A stretch of 64,000 nucleotides of DNA from Patiria miniata (lineage: Eukaryota), in NCBI RefSeq assembly GCF_015706575.1, contig NW_024037076.1, positions 22,605,286 through 22,669,285 of the forward strand, given 5' to 3'. A model generated the notes under the pieces. That model worked only from the letters and a program-made list of their open reading frames with translations. It was not told where the DNA came from and did not search any database. A program made the translations under genes and the position numbers. Positions 49,526 through 61,823 of the stretch are shown here, piece after piece. Every line of letters begins with the position of its first letter. Position 1 is the stretch's first letter.

Positions 49526-50412
49526 GCCACATATCTCTCGGACGATCACTGATTCAATTCCTTGTCTTGGAGTGATCTTCAAGTGGCTGAATTCGGAGGA
49601 CGGGTTTGCTACAATTTCGTCAACGTGAACTTCGGAAGTGTTAGAGTCAGGTAGGTGAAAATTACGTTGTGCACAATGATCAAGGAGCCTAGAGTTTTCC
49701 ATATTCCTATATTTGTTTGTTAATTTTTTCCCCTGGTCTCGGTATTGTGTAGATGTTGAAACTTTGGGCTGACGACTTATAGTTAAATGTTGAACCTATA
49801 CTTTTCTGTTTATGTTGAGCGATCTATTGTTCCATGCACTCCACCAGTGCGAATTCTGGTGCAGTCCTTATTTTTTCCCGATCAAGATTGTTAAATTACC
49901 GTAATCATATTTTAAACATTAAAATTTACAACGGGTTTTGAGTGACTGACAATAATTGTACATTCAAATTCATCTCTCCCCAAACTCACTTGATTTTTTC
50001 GTATTGCCTTACAGGCGAGTACGTAATAATTACGCTCTGAGATTTTAACGTTTTAAGTAATACAAAGTCGTGAGCTTAATTCCAATTTCAAAAAAGTGCT
50101 TGTGAATTAATGTATATCCGTTTTCGCAAATGCAATTGACACATGCATGCTCACATTATGAAACCATCATACCATCCAGGATAAACAAACATGTTGGTGT
50201 AGACGTGTTGATATTATTTTTTTCAGTGGAATTGTATGTAGGCCTACTTGGTTCAATATTCCATGGAATATATACCAACATGGGAATCTATGGAGGGCTA
50301 AGCCTATTGCTGCTCAACTCATTTTGTTTACTCAGAAGTCTGAAATAACATTGAATAATTGATATCTTCGAATGGATCTGATGAGATCATTTCTGACTCG
50401 TTTGCAGCAGAT

Positions 50413-50629
50413 ATGGCATCACAGTGCCGCCTAATCCTAGCCTCAATCTCAGCCGTCTGTTTGGTAATCACCTCTTTGATGTGTCTACCAGCCGTGCAAG
50501 CCACTGAAACGACCAACAGGCACTGCGGGGCAGCTTTTCCCGACTTTGTATTGGCGGCTTGTTCAATGGCTAAGCGATCCATCAGATCATCACCGTCACT
50601 GCATGACTTGCTCCAAGCTTTTAAATCAG
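50413..50629 (+). CDS. insulin/relaxin-superfamily peptide precursor, coding exon 1: signal peptide, B chain and N-terminal part of the C-peptide
   Basis: ATG 50413. Signal peptide MASQCRLILASISAVCLVITSLMCLPAVQA. The B chain TETTNRHCGAAFPDFVLAACSMA carries the insulin-family CG-x10-C signature, then the dibasic KR. Donor cag|gtttga at 50630 (phase 1) is the only phase-compatible donor. Frame from ORF 50359..50655. Confidence 0.7.
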
Positions 50630-50820
50630 GTTTGAGCTTTTCTCCATCAGTGTGATCCTTTATACAAACCAAGTTGACTTATGATTCAGTTGCGCATCCA
50701 ATGGCGGATCTGGGGGGGGGGGGGGGCTCAACCAAATAAGAAAGGTAAGGGGAAATAAAGAAACTAAATTTGTTGATTCTTAAGCAAAGTATTGTGTTCC
50801 CCTTATTTCATTGTCCACAG

Positions 50821-50951
50821 ATGAATACCAGGCAAACCGTTACACCTCACCCATTCATCTGCGCAAGCGCGAAGAATACATGACAATAGCCGACTATTGC
50901 TGTTCTGTTGGATGTTCTCCAAGCGACCTCGTTGCTTCAGGAATTTGTTAA
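50821..50951 (+). CDS. insulin/relaxin-superfamily peptide precursor, coding exon 2: rest of the C-peptide, the RKR cleavage site, and the A chain EEYMTIADYCCSVGCSPSDLVASGIC (stop TAA 50949-50951)
   Basis: Acceptor ttgtccacag at 50819-50820. The A chain has CC-x3-C-x10-C. The block EEY..IA.YCC..GC.PS.L resembles, from memory, the starfish relaxin-like gonad-stimulating peptide A chain [24 protein letters not shown]. Together with the B chain this gives 6 Cys in total. Confidence 0.7.
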
Positions 50952-51101
50952 TTTTCACGGGAAAATTGTGAAAAATGCTGATTTTTTTAATTTCACTTAC
51001 GGCCTGATGTGAATCAAACTATTTGATATCACGGTCGAGTCAAATGTTGTACTTGATCTATAGGCCTAACATGTGTTCGGCAAAACTTCCATAATATCAG
51101 T

Positions 51102-51232
51102 GGCGGATCCAGGGGGTGCGGTGGGCCCCCGGCAGTGACCGAAATTGTCTCAAATAAGTCAATTTTTCACTTGAGAAAGCTCCCCCCCCCGCACACCCTC
51201 CGCCCCCGGCAGCAACCTCTCTGCATCCGCCC
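51102..51232. mobile_element. short MITE of the 'ggcggatccag' family (ggcggatccaggggg ... ctgcatccgccc) with internal C-runs
   Basis: The termini are similar to 47778-48090. Solo-TIR fragments also occur at 39889-39902 and 50702-50712. Confidence 0.45.
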
Positions 51233-51972
51233 TTGTAGGTAACATCCATTTCATTATTACACAGACAACCACCTGGATAGCCCAATGTAAGATGGATCCA
51301 GTCAAATATTGGGAAAAACAATAATTAATCATTACGCTCAATCAGCGTAGGCCTACTTATTGTTTAACCTTGATAATGTGGAGAAAATGTTATAAACAAG
51401 TGTTTACTGTAATGAGCCAAAATAATAATGATTACTTACACTCTTTAACAAATATTTATTCAGATTGTTGAAAGAATCTCTTTTTTTCGGTCGGTCATAA
51501 ATGATGAATTTTGTAGTCTGACGTCATTGCTTGTGTAGGATTTTTTCATGACGTCATCGTTTACCTATTGTTTCCCATCTCTAGTTACATTAATTAAGTT
51601 TTCGGAAACTAAAATATCTCTGTATAGCAGAACGCTAAGTCGTGCTTGTCATTATTGGTATAAACCGTCTTTACTTGCTTTTGCATTAGGCCTAAATGTA
51701 CAAAGGGAAAATGCTGAATAAAGTCTAACAATTAAATCTACAACCGACACCATGGTTGGTCGTTAATCATTTATGAAAACGTTTTATCCCTCTCCACCCA
51801 AACAAGCTGCCAGGGTCTTTCCTTTCCCTTTGTCGTACTTTTCGAGGGAAGAAAATAGATTGATTTTGTTTTTTCTTAAAAAACAAATATGCTTAGAGCA
51901 AGGCGTCGATGTGGAAGTTATGCTAGCCATGCAATCTATTCAAGAACTATTGTAAAGAACCTACTCACGCGG

Positions 51973-52027
51973 TGACGTCACTTGCGAAGTAAAAAACGTG
52001 AAGAATTTCAACCGCTGGGTATATAAA
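51973..52027 (+). promoter_or_regulatory. promoter: perfect CRE palindrome TGACGTCA (51973-51980) plus TATA box tatataaa (52020-52027), about 140 bp upstream of the ATG at 52164
   Basis: Seen directly. Confidence 0.5.
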
Positions 52028-52163
52028 TGGAGGGAGTCTATAGAAAGTGTTCATTGCAGATCCAATTTAGTTCGGGCGTGGTTAGCAGTACTCCAGTTAT
52101 ATCGAGTCCGTGTACATGCCCAACATTTACCGTGCGCGTTGGCTTGGTTCCCCTGGCCAAACG

Positions 52164-52281
52164 ATGAAATTCGCCGGTATGTGGTTCCTTTGCGCCTTGG
52201 TGCTGCTGGAAAGACTCTCCGGAACACAGGCCGCTTTTGGAGATGATATTTCGCAGGATAACGAAGACAACAGATTCGCAG
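52164..52281 (+). CDS. secreted or GPI-anchored glycoprotein of unrecognised family, exon 1 (signal peptide MKFAGMWFLCALVLLERLSGTQA)
   Basis: ATG 52164 with a strong Kozak context. There is also an in-frame upstream ATG at 52110 with a weak context. Donor g|gtagga at 52282. Frame from ORF 52110..52331. Confidence 0.65.
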
Positions 52282-53131
52282 GTAGGATTTCCTACACTAC
52301 ATTTCTGAGATTTTCCCTGTCAGTTTTTTAGTTAAAAATATTTTAATTATTCATCTTTTATCCTTTCATGGGAAAAAAATGTTGCAACCTGACGCGACTT
52401 CCGCAATTGTGTACAAAGTCTACGGAGAGTCAAAAACAATTTCAAAAAAGTATTTCCCAACAAAATTGGAAATGTTTCGCAGTTCCAGATTCATGTCTTA
52501 TCATTTTTGCAATGAATGAACTCCATTGAGATGATAATTATATGAAGAAAAAAAGTGGCGTCAGGTTGCAACATTTTTTTCCAAATATTGGAGGATGTCG
52601 TTTTCTGACAACAGGCTGCGATTTATTTCGCGTGAAAGTTTTCAAAATATTTTCCAACAGATTTGTGAACGTTTTTCCTTTGTTCAAAAAATTGTGCAAT
52701 GACTGTGTTCGTATTTGAAGACAAAAAAATGACGTCAAGTTAAGGTTTTCTTCTGTAATTTACATTAAATTTTTCTGAGGAAAAAAAAACAAGTTTGTGT
52801 CTGCACACCATTTAAAATAATAAACTTGATTGCCATAAAAGTAGGATGAGGGCCACGTGTCTCAATGCAAGACTAATGACGCCCCGCCCACTGCACACGT
52901 GGGCAACATCACGTGCGCCTCGTACGCCGCGATTGGTCAAAGTTTCATGGGCGGGGCTTAATGGGCGGTCTGTTTAATATTTTGCACATAAACGTCACTA
53001 CCTGCTGATGATATAGGTGGACGTGTAGTGGTTTTTATGTGGGAGATTATTGGATTTTATTCCAAACATTATCCCACAAAAAATGGCGTCACGAGATAAT
53101 TATATAATTACAAGGCATTTTTTCCCCACAG

Positions 53132-53290
53132 TCATGGGCCAAGTAACCAAGGATACCTTCGATGTACAAAGTGGAAACGTCACCCTACAGCTGAATGTGC
53201 AAGACACGGTAGGCACCATGGATTTCTGGCTTCTTGACTTCCAAGAATACAGATTTAATCTGGATGCTTTGCCTGTGGATGAATCCACTG
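53132..53290 (+). CDS. same secreted-protein gene, exon 2
   Basis: Acceptor ccccacag, donor g|gtaggt. The frame is consistent with ORF 53050..53298. Confidence 0.6.
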
Positions 53291-53494
53291 GTAGGTAGTT
53301 CCGAATATTTTTGCTTGGGTGTTTGAATCTGTGCTTCGTGATGGGCTGTTCAAATGCTGCTTTACGTATATCTGTTAATAAATTTCTTATGCATTTATGA
53401 AATGGAAGTTCTAAGCCTCCAGTTAAAACAAGATGATATTGAGTCTTGAATCAATGTCACTCACATCTTTCGACTTGCATTCTCTTGTCGATAG

Positions 53495-53650
53495 GAATGT
53501 TGATGAAGGATAGAACTTCTGCTTGCTCCAATGTCTACGAAGATGCTAACTGGGATACCTTCTTCAACGACAGTTACATCCAGAACGCAGGAAGGGGCTC
53601 TTTGGCAACAAAAAGTCTCTTTACACAAATTCAGAGGGGAGAAGAGGACA
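53495..53650 (+). CDS. same gene, exon 3
   Basis: Acceptor tcgatag|ga, donor gaggaca|gtaagg. This is the only phase-1 donor that continues into the exon 4 frame. Frame from ORF 53446..53742. Confidence 0.55.
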
Positions 53651-54070
53651 GTAAGGATGATTTAAGTCTGTCGTTTAATTTGGAATACACATACACAACT
53701 CCGCAAAACGTGGTGGCCATCAAACATGTTCCCAACAATTGATGGAAACCTGTAGTTGAACCCCTTACAATTGCTTTTCCTCGTGCCATCGCCAAACAAC
53801 CCCCCCCCCCGAAAAAAAAATCGAAACATAAACCACCACCTCTTGTATCTGCTGCAAATTAACTCTTCTCCAAATGGTTGCATCGGATTTTGTAATAAGC
53901 TTGCAGTTTTACGCAACATTATTTTTACTCAAATTTCAAAAAAGCTTTTGGTTCAATAACCAAAGGACAGCGAGGTCAGTATTTATTGAATAGATTATCA
54001 TTAGCCTATTCCGCAGTACATGTACTAACCATTTCCACATACATGTCTGTGTCCTTTTTTTTTACATCAG

Positions 54071-54259
54071 GTGATGGCATCATGCGAAACAACAAACTCA
54101 TCTTCCAAGGTGACATGGCGACTTTCGCCAACTGCAAGGATTCCAGTGACGAGGAATTCATCTGGGAGATGACAGCTGTTACTACTGATGAGATTGAATA
54201 CCGAACCAAGTTGTATGCAACCAACATCAGACCAAAAGACCCTCAAGACTCAAAGGGAG
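54071..54259 (+). CDS. same gene, exon 4
   Basis: Acceptor tacatcag|gt, donor g|gtatgt. Frame from ORF 53986..54315. Confidence 0.6.
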
Positions 54260-55316
54260 GTATGTGCTTCTTAATTAAGGGTGTAACCCTGCAAATAAAT
54301 TCCCATAGACACTAGTGCTAAATGCCCATACTTCAAAATTCTTTTAAAAATACTCAGAACTCTCACAGGTATTCAACCTGCACAGAAAAATGATGATCAA
54401 CATGTCATCTTTCGTTTTCTTTTCATTTTTTGGTGGGTTGACCATTGACTTTTCGAGATATTCTCACCCAAAGAAGACGACCCCTATTTTCCCCAAGGCG
54501 GAAAAGTAGCCATCTTGAAAAACGATCCCTCCACAACATGGCAAAATAGCGCAACCTTCAAGCCCAATAGCATCCAAAATGTTCGGAATTGGAAGCCCCA
54601 AGTCCGGGCCAGAGGTTCATTACCATATCTCTTCAATTCCCCAATTTTACGGCGCTCAGAACTCTCTAATATAGAATATTTTGAGGGTATAACTTTTATT
54701 CATGAGCTCGGCGGATGGATTTAGGCCTATTCACCGGTGTGCACCCTTCAAATCTTAAATATTTGACTCTATCTTGACTGCCATTGCAAGAAGATTGGGA
54801 TAACTTCTTACGTGGATGACAATGTGCACATGTTGACTAAAGATAACGGAACATTCAAATATCGACACATGCTTTCCCTCTCAATTTATAAAGACACCCA
54901 CTTCACATACGAGAATCCCAACACAAATGCGATTTATCCTAATTCATTGAAAACCACGAAGTATTTTCTGATCTTGGAACAAAATTGCCTCCAATTCTTT
55001 TATTAAAAACATAAATCTACGTGCTTTACTTGTAGTTCTTAAGATTACCACTGCAAGATATCCATTTTCCCCTCCTCGGCCTGCCTCTTTGTAACTCCAT
55101 TCCTAAATCTTGCTTCCCTTGTACCTATAATATATCTTTAAAAATCCAAACAAAATGTGAAAATACATTATTACTTTAACTACTTTAATTATTTTCTTTC
55201 TTGTTTTTAAATCTACACCTTTTTGAGAAAGGCCTCTGCCTATAGTGTTTGGTTAAATCGGATCCTTGAAAAAGAAACGCTAAGATCTTTTGTCATGATT
55301 TTTGGCGACTCTATAG

Positions 55317-55494
55317 GCATCTCATTTGTGCAGTCACACATTGAGTTGATTTGGAGAATCTCCCGATCAGTCATGGCCAAGTTCTTGATCAGTTCCACTG
55401 CTCTGATCAGACCCATCTTGGAGTTTGCTCGAGTCTCGGCTGTTTATGATGATCAGGATAGAGCTGTACCCACCCAGTCAGCACTCCATATCAG
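55317..55494 (+). CDS. same gene, exon 5 (weaker call)
   Basis: This is the only phase 1 to 2 exon found linking exons 4 and 6 (acceptor ctatag|gc, donor ag|gtaata; ORF 55223..55498). An additional or alternative exon in 54300-55300 cannot be excluded. Confidence 0.4.
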
Positions 55495-55969
55495 GTAATA
55501 TGTTCTTTTAACTTAACTATAAAGTAGACATTAAACTTAGAAATGTAAATTTTAAAGAAACCCAAATTCAGCTCCATTTTAATCAACTACATGCTCTGAA
55601 GCCGACTCTTTAATCACAATTTCATGTTTTATAGATTATCCTGAGAAACGTTCTTAAAAATACATTGAGTAAAAGTCGGTATGATTTAAATTTATAAATT
55701 GATGTCTGTAAAAGAACACTGTGAAATTGACTTAATCACTAAACTCATGTGAGAGCAAGTTCTTTTTGTTTCTAGTTTAAAGTTTTAGTTTTACTTGACA
55801 TAAAGTTGTTGAGCTGTTTTTATAATTGATTAATCTTGTATTTTTTTTTGAAAAGTATTGGTATTGTGCGGGGACATAAATTTAAGTAGTCTAATTTGTG
55901 TAATGGCATCACCTACAGAAACATTTACAAATCATATTTTATGTTGACGATCTTGGTTTTCTTTTGTAG

Positions 55970-56159
55970 GTTTCGAACAGTGGTTGATGAAGATGATCAA
56001 ATGGTCAGTTATGAAAACAACAGCATAACATACATCCCAGAAAACGTCAACCATGGCCTGAATACAGTCCTCTACCAACCAGTAGGGACACTAGATGCGT
56101 CACCGCCATGTAATTTCGTACTAGATGAAGGAACTCAAACACAAAGACAATGTCAACAG
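55970..56159 (+). CDS. same gene, exon 6
   Basis: Acceptor tttgtag|g, donor cag|gtatta. Frame from ORF 55896..56237. Confidence 0.55.
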
Positions 56160-56520
56160 GTATTAAGACTTAAATTTTCATTTTTAGATCAACCTATTGT
56201 GTATTCGTTTAATCTTCAGGTTAAAGTTCAAGTTTAAATGTATTCACCATTTATAAATTAAGTAAGGAAAAGTCTCCACGTACCGGACACTTTCAGGCCG
56301 GATATTTTAAAAGTAGTCCCCTAAAAGATAACATAAGTAACAAATGAGACAAAAGTCTCTCGATTTCCACAAAAAAAAAGTAACTGACCAATTTTGTACA
56401 GAATGCAGCACCAAATCAATTTTAACAGAAATATTTAATTACATTTAATGTACATCACATGAAAGTTATTTTGCTCAGCTTAAAAATCTGAAAGTATATA
56501 ATGTAACTATTTATTTGCAG

Positions 56521-56627
56521 ACTTGGGAATTCAAAATGATACTGGATATCGATGCATCAACCCAAGTTGACAATCGAGTACCCATCGATGCTAGTGGAAC
56601 ATTTGAATTTCTCTACATGCCCTACAG
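56521..56627 (+). CDS. same gene, exon 7
   Basis: Acceptor tttgcag|act, donor ag|gtgcgt. Frame from ORF 56515..56787. Confidence 0.55.
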
Positions 56628-57314
56628 GTGCGTGTTAAGCCTTAAAGCAAATCAGCCACGTGTGTGGTGCCAATATGCCACAATCCCTTTTAAACTTAAA
56701 ACCTATACCTTTTTATATTACTCCGAGGAGAAAGTTTTTCAAAACGTGTATATCTCATGGCGGAGTGTGAAAACAATCCCGAGTTGAAATTTCACTGGTA
56801 AATTCAGTGTGTACTGTGTGGCCATGTATATTTCCAAAGTGGTATAATGTCAAGAACTATATTCACCAGAATTTTCCATTCTTCTGGCGGATGTGATTCA
56901 ATTTTTTTAAAGTGCTTTTAATGTTACGGAGTCTTACTGTTTTAATATTTTGGTACTCAGTATTTGTATATTTTTGTTATGTGCTCTTGTAATTGTTTAC
57001 GTCATTGTTTGTGTATTACGTTGCACCATTTACCTTTTTTATGTTTATGTATTTTTTTTTAATGTTGTCATCGTCTGCTAATTTGTGTGTAATTCTCTTT
57101 AATGTATTTATTTTCACTGTTGCTCATTTTAATTGTTTAATGTTTTACAACAACCTTTTTTGTAAAGTTTAAATTTATGTTTTAATCATTTTTATCGATG
57201 TCAGGGCCCTATGGAAGACCACCGTATGGTGAATATGGGCTACCCTGGATAAATATTAGAAATAAAGAAAGAAATAAATAAAATTAACCCACATGATTTT
57301 GTTTCGTGACCAAG

Positions 57315-57472
57315 GTGTGGCCTTGTGAACCTGACAACCCTGAACCTGACAACTTGTGTGGCAATGAGTGTGGACCCAGCTAAGATCTCAGCATTAATCA
57401 CCATCCAGACTACAGTGTTTGTACAAGATGAAGAAGATGATCAAGTCACCATTATACTCCATTCACTGACTG
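57315..57472 (+). CDS. same gene, exon 8
   Basis: Acceptor gaccaag|g, donor g|gtaaga. The phase is consistent. Frame from ORF 57325..57552. Confidence 0.5.
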
Positions 57473-57880
57473 GTAAGATTCATTTCAACAATTATATTTG
57501 GTGCTTTATTATAACTTTAATTACTCACCAAGTAAGAAGAGAACATAAATGAGCAAATGGTAATTATTTGCACGTCGCCATTTATGGTCATTGCATGAAA
57601 TTGAAACTTTATGTTCATGCACATTGTACAATTTCTTTAAATTCAAGTTTAGAATATTTCCAGTCAGTGAAAAACAAGGATGACAATGGCATTCTAATTC
57701 ACGACTTCGTGGCTAAAATGTCTTCGAAAATAGGTGGAAATTCAGGTTAAACACCAGACAAAATAAATCAAAATGTGAGAACTTTAGGGTAATTTCATAG
57801 TTCATTCAAAACCTTCCATGAAGAGTCTTTAATTCAAGCCATGGTAGTGACATTTGTATTTCCTTATAATATTCCATCAG

Positions 57881-58056
57881 GCGCAAGCAACGAGGATCTC
57901 AGCTATGGTACAGGATCCAGAGGTGTAGCTCACAAGGAGTATGTTGAACTGAGAGTTAAATTCTCTCCTGCCTTGCTGCGAAAAGATTATGACCTATATC
58001 TGCTACTCTTCATGGTGTGTAAAGGGGAGGAATATGCCAGTGGAGAATTTTTACAG
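57881..58056 (+). CDS. same gene, exon 9
   Basis: Acceptor ccatcag|gc, donor cag|gtatgt. Frame from ORF 57841..58137. Confidence 0.6.
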
Positions 58057-58097
58057 GTATGTTCAAGAAGTCTTCAGATTCCCTTCGATTTGCAATT

Positions 58098-58132
58098 CAT
58101 TATTATTATTATTATTATTGTGTGTGTGTGTT
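58098..58132. repeat. compound microsatellite (TTA)6(TG)7 in intron 9
   Basis: Reads cattattattattattattattgtgtgtgtgtgtg. Confidence 0.9.
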
Positions 58133-58553
58133 TTTGAAAAAGTCACATAACATTTTTTACAAGGTTATCGGGATTTCAAAAGCCTTGACCAGTATAGTCA
58201 AGGAATTTGTGATGGATTAAAATGTCTGAACAAGTCAGTCTCAAGTAAAACACAATCAATTCATAGTGGATAAAACAAATAGCAAAGGAATACATTTTCC
58301 ATAGTATCATAATAGTTCGTGAGTTGCGTTGGGACTGGATGACTTGTGATATACTTTTGATGGACTTGTGAGGACTTGGGGTCAATCATAAATACCTCAA
58401 CTACAACAATAGACTTGACAAGCTTCCCGAATAGCCTATGTTGAAGATAAATTTATATGAAATGTCATCATATCCAAAGTGGAAACGCAAAGCAAATTTT
58501 AAACTGCATGTTCCTTTACTGGAGTAATTTTATACATGTTTTCATATCAACAG

Positions 58554-58752
58554 GGATGCCTACAAGCCCCTTCTACAGATCGCTACATTGCACACCTGGA
58601 TGCAAGCTTTAACTACATCCCTCGCATCACTGATGAGAATGGAACAGTGGTTCTCCTGGATCACTACAATACTAGTCATGTGCAAAATGACTATGTGCAA
58701 AACTTGGATCAACAGGAGTACTTGCGTACAGAATCTGGAGAGACTCTTGCAA
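58554..58752 (+). CDS. same gene, exon 10
   Basis: Acceptor tcaacag|gga, donor a|gtaagt. Frame from ORF 58536..58781. Confidence 0.6.
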
Positions 58753-59126
58753 GTAAGTGCATGTTAGCAACAGACATCTGAGTTAGGCAATTATCAAGGC
58801 TGTCAGTTTTGGAAACAAGGATTTCCTTCCAAATTGTTTCATTTGCAAACGTCTTGCCAGAAACTGTATAAAGTTATCTTTTCTCCGACTCCAGAAAGAA
58901 GCTACTCAAGCATGTCGTTTGTTTCTGTTTTTAAATTAAGCACGTGTCTTTCGACAAGTTAATTGGCTTAAGTAAATCTTTCCCGTCATTAGAATGCCTC
59001 ACCAAAAACCACAAGTGTCTTGTCACTTGACATCTTTTAAGCTGTTACTATTGAAACCCCTCCTAAGCTCATCCAAATCAATGCCTACAAGCTAACCATG
59101 CATGAACTGATCATTTTGACTTTCAG

Positions 59127-59638
59127 TTCCTGTGCATCGATCCACCTTCTACAACGTTGCACTCTCCGCCGAATCTGACATCTACACCATCACGGTAGTC
59201 TTCCGACTCGTCGAAGCTCCAGGAAGAAAACGAAGAGCAGCCTTGCCACACATGCAAGACATCGTCCTAGCTAAAAGTGTGGTTGGCCATGCAGGAATAG
59301 GCAGAACAACAGGTACGATCATCACCCGTCATTCCCGTGATGTTGAAGATAGCGTACAAGACACTCACGCCAATAAAATCCCCTTCTTGTCTTTGGGATG
59401 TCCGGAGGAAGCCACACATGTACTTGAGGAACTAGATTGCAAGTGCCCAGCAGGAATGATGTATGACTTGAATTCCTTCAACTGTGAGGCAGCATCAATT
59501 CTTGAAGATGTCAAAGAAGTGAAAAATGATGATCAAGTCAGTGACACCAAGGAAACAGCCAGTGCTGAACACAGTGCTTGCTCTGTGTTGCTCATTGTGC
59601 TTGCAAATTCACTGATTTTCCTCTTGTTGAAAAATTAA
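59127..59638 (+). CDS. same gene, terminal exon. It carries the furin-type site APGRKRR|AALPH and a C-terminal hydrophobic tail SACSVLLIVLANSLIFLLLKN, which could be a GPI-anchor signal or a TM segment. Stop TAA 59636-59638.
   Basis: Acceptor tttcag|tt. Frame from ORF 59132..59638. Confidence 0.65.
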
Positions 59639-61691
59639 TGATTTGAATTATGGAAAAGCGACGGAAAGAAATTTGAAAATGTTCACTGTGATAGACCTAA
59701 TTCATCCCACAGAATTACCTGAATCAGAAAACCTTTACTAAATTGCATGACGGGAATATTGAAACCAGCTAACAATTATTCAAGCAGTAAATACAAGGAA
59801 TCACACAAACGTTTGAGAGGTTTAATACAATACTTGTTTGGCAATCACAGATTGTGGAATTAAATTTCTTGCGACCACATTTACTTATTAACAATACACT
59901 CAGTTAGGATCAAAGTTGTTCCAAAAGTAAATCTACAGTTATGAGTAACCATTTTCAAGACTGGTCTATAAACTATAAACAAATTATGGAGATCCATACG
60001 ACTAGGTCATCAAATGGCTTTTGGATCTCAGTCAAATCTTTAAAATGTCTTTCATGTTGCCGTCATAAGATGACTAAAGTGATATTGCAGTATACAAAAT
60101 TGAAGTATTGAATGAATTTTATCCTGAATTTTCATCCATTTTTCAGCTATAATGGTGAAGTATATTCTTAGTAAAAAGCTTTACTTTCATTATTCCACGC
60201 AATTAACTTTCCAAGGATTTTAACAAATTGAATTTATTCCTAAATATAGCTTTATGCAAATTATTCTGTTTACTGATCATTTAACAGTTTGTGTGTTCCT
60301 TAAAAGTGTATATAAATCGATTAATAATCGGAGTTAAATGTCCAAGGTTGGGTCAAAAGATTAAATGAAAAAAAAAATGCTTTAGTTATTCGTATTCATA
60401 ATTAAATTCCATTAATTTTGTATTTGTGAACTCAATGTTTTTGGTGATTGTCTACATGCACTGTTACATCAAGTAAACTAGCAAAGTTTTAACTACATTT
60501 GCACTTTCTCAAATCACTCAGTTTGACCTCATTTAAAATTTGGATGTATTGGAAGAGATATATATTAAATTTACCAAGCATTGCCTTAAAATAGTCTGGT
60601 GATAATTCATTATTTATTTTGTGTCAACTAGTTTGGTTTGTTTAGTTTGGTTTGTTATTTATCATTTGATTCTTAAGGAATTATCTTCTCCATGAAATAA
60701 AAGTACAAGCAAAAGAACACTTGCGGTTGATTTGTGGCAGAAATTTGAAATAACAATGTTTAACCAAACATGTCTACTATTGCAACAATATTCCACTTAA
60801 AATATTGAGTTACTGACAATTCTATACTTTGTGAACACATATCTAACGGCCAATGGCTTAAAACTGGAATTAAGAGCCATTTCCTACTCGGAATTAATTT
60901 TGCACTCTAAAATGCGATGTAAAAAAGTTGTCAAAGTGTCGACATTAAAATGAATTCACCTAATACAATAAGGAAATACTTGCTTAAAAACAATTGAGAA
61001 TTGACCCAACTTTTGTGACATCAAGGCAAGTTTTTGAGCTACTACTTTGCAATCGGTGAACGGTGTATTTCAGCAACGTCAACATTTTTGGTTCGCACAT
61101 TTCAGACAAGCTACCCGGGAACATTGTGTGTCCGACCTTATGCACTTAACTGCCATTCTCCATCAATGAATTCTCGATTGGAATTTACATTATGACGATG
61201 TTTAGACTTCTGTATAGTTGTGTCGTCGTGATCCTATACAAGGAAATAAAAAACCATTGAACTTTGTTAATTAGCAGAAGTATAGTTTACCAAAAAGGTC
61301 ATGATCGATGCAGCATTAATCTTATAAATCTAACAAATAGTCCAGTTTGTGATTTGACATTCTTTTAAGGTGGTTTTAATTAATTGTGTGAAATGCAAAT
61401 ATATTCACTCTAGCAACCATGAGAAATTGAGCTCTTTCCAGTGGCAGCAGAATGATTTTAAACTGGATGGGGCGAATGATTATTCTCCAATATCTCTTGC
61501 TGCTCCAATACTGTATATCCGCTACAAATGGTGCCAGCTGTAAGACAGCATTTTTTTTTCATTACGCCCAAGATAATTAATTCGATGATCAGTGTTTAGG
61601 GGAAACAAAGGGCTGAAAAGTGGGCAGGGGAGCACATACCCCAAAAATAAGTTGCATTAAAATAATATGAAGTAGTGTTTCCTTGACATAC

Positions 61692-61823
61692 CTCATTTTC
61701 TGTTTGCATGATCATAGCTCTGTCTTGTCGTCCATCCCACATTGGAGTGGAATATTTATGCAGTATACTGACTCTCACAGCTGGTGATAAGGACTGCTCG
61801 AGTATCAGCACAATCTTGGCCCA
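61692..61823 (-). CDS. TRPV-like channel, post-TRP-box exon
   Basis: Minus-strand acceptor ttttag, donor gag|gtatgt. WAKIVLILEQSLSPAVRV... is close to TRPV IVATTVMLERKLPR. Frame from ORF 61596..61811(-). The remaining C-terminal exons, at coordinates below 61692, could not be defined. Confidence 0.5.

Noticed and set aside
50328-50672. 114-aa minus-strand ORF overlapping the insulin-like gene.
   Set aside because: It is antisense to a + strand ORF that has a signal peptide, insulin-family Cys spacing, dibasic sites, consensus splice sites and a TATA promoter. The minus-strand ORF has no recognisable features.
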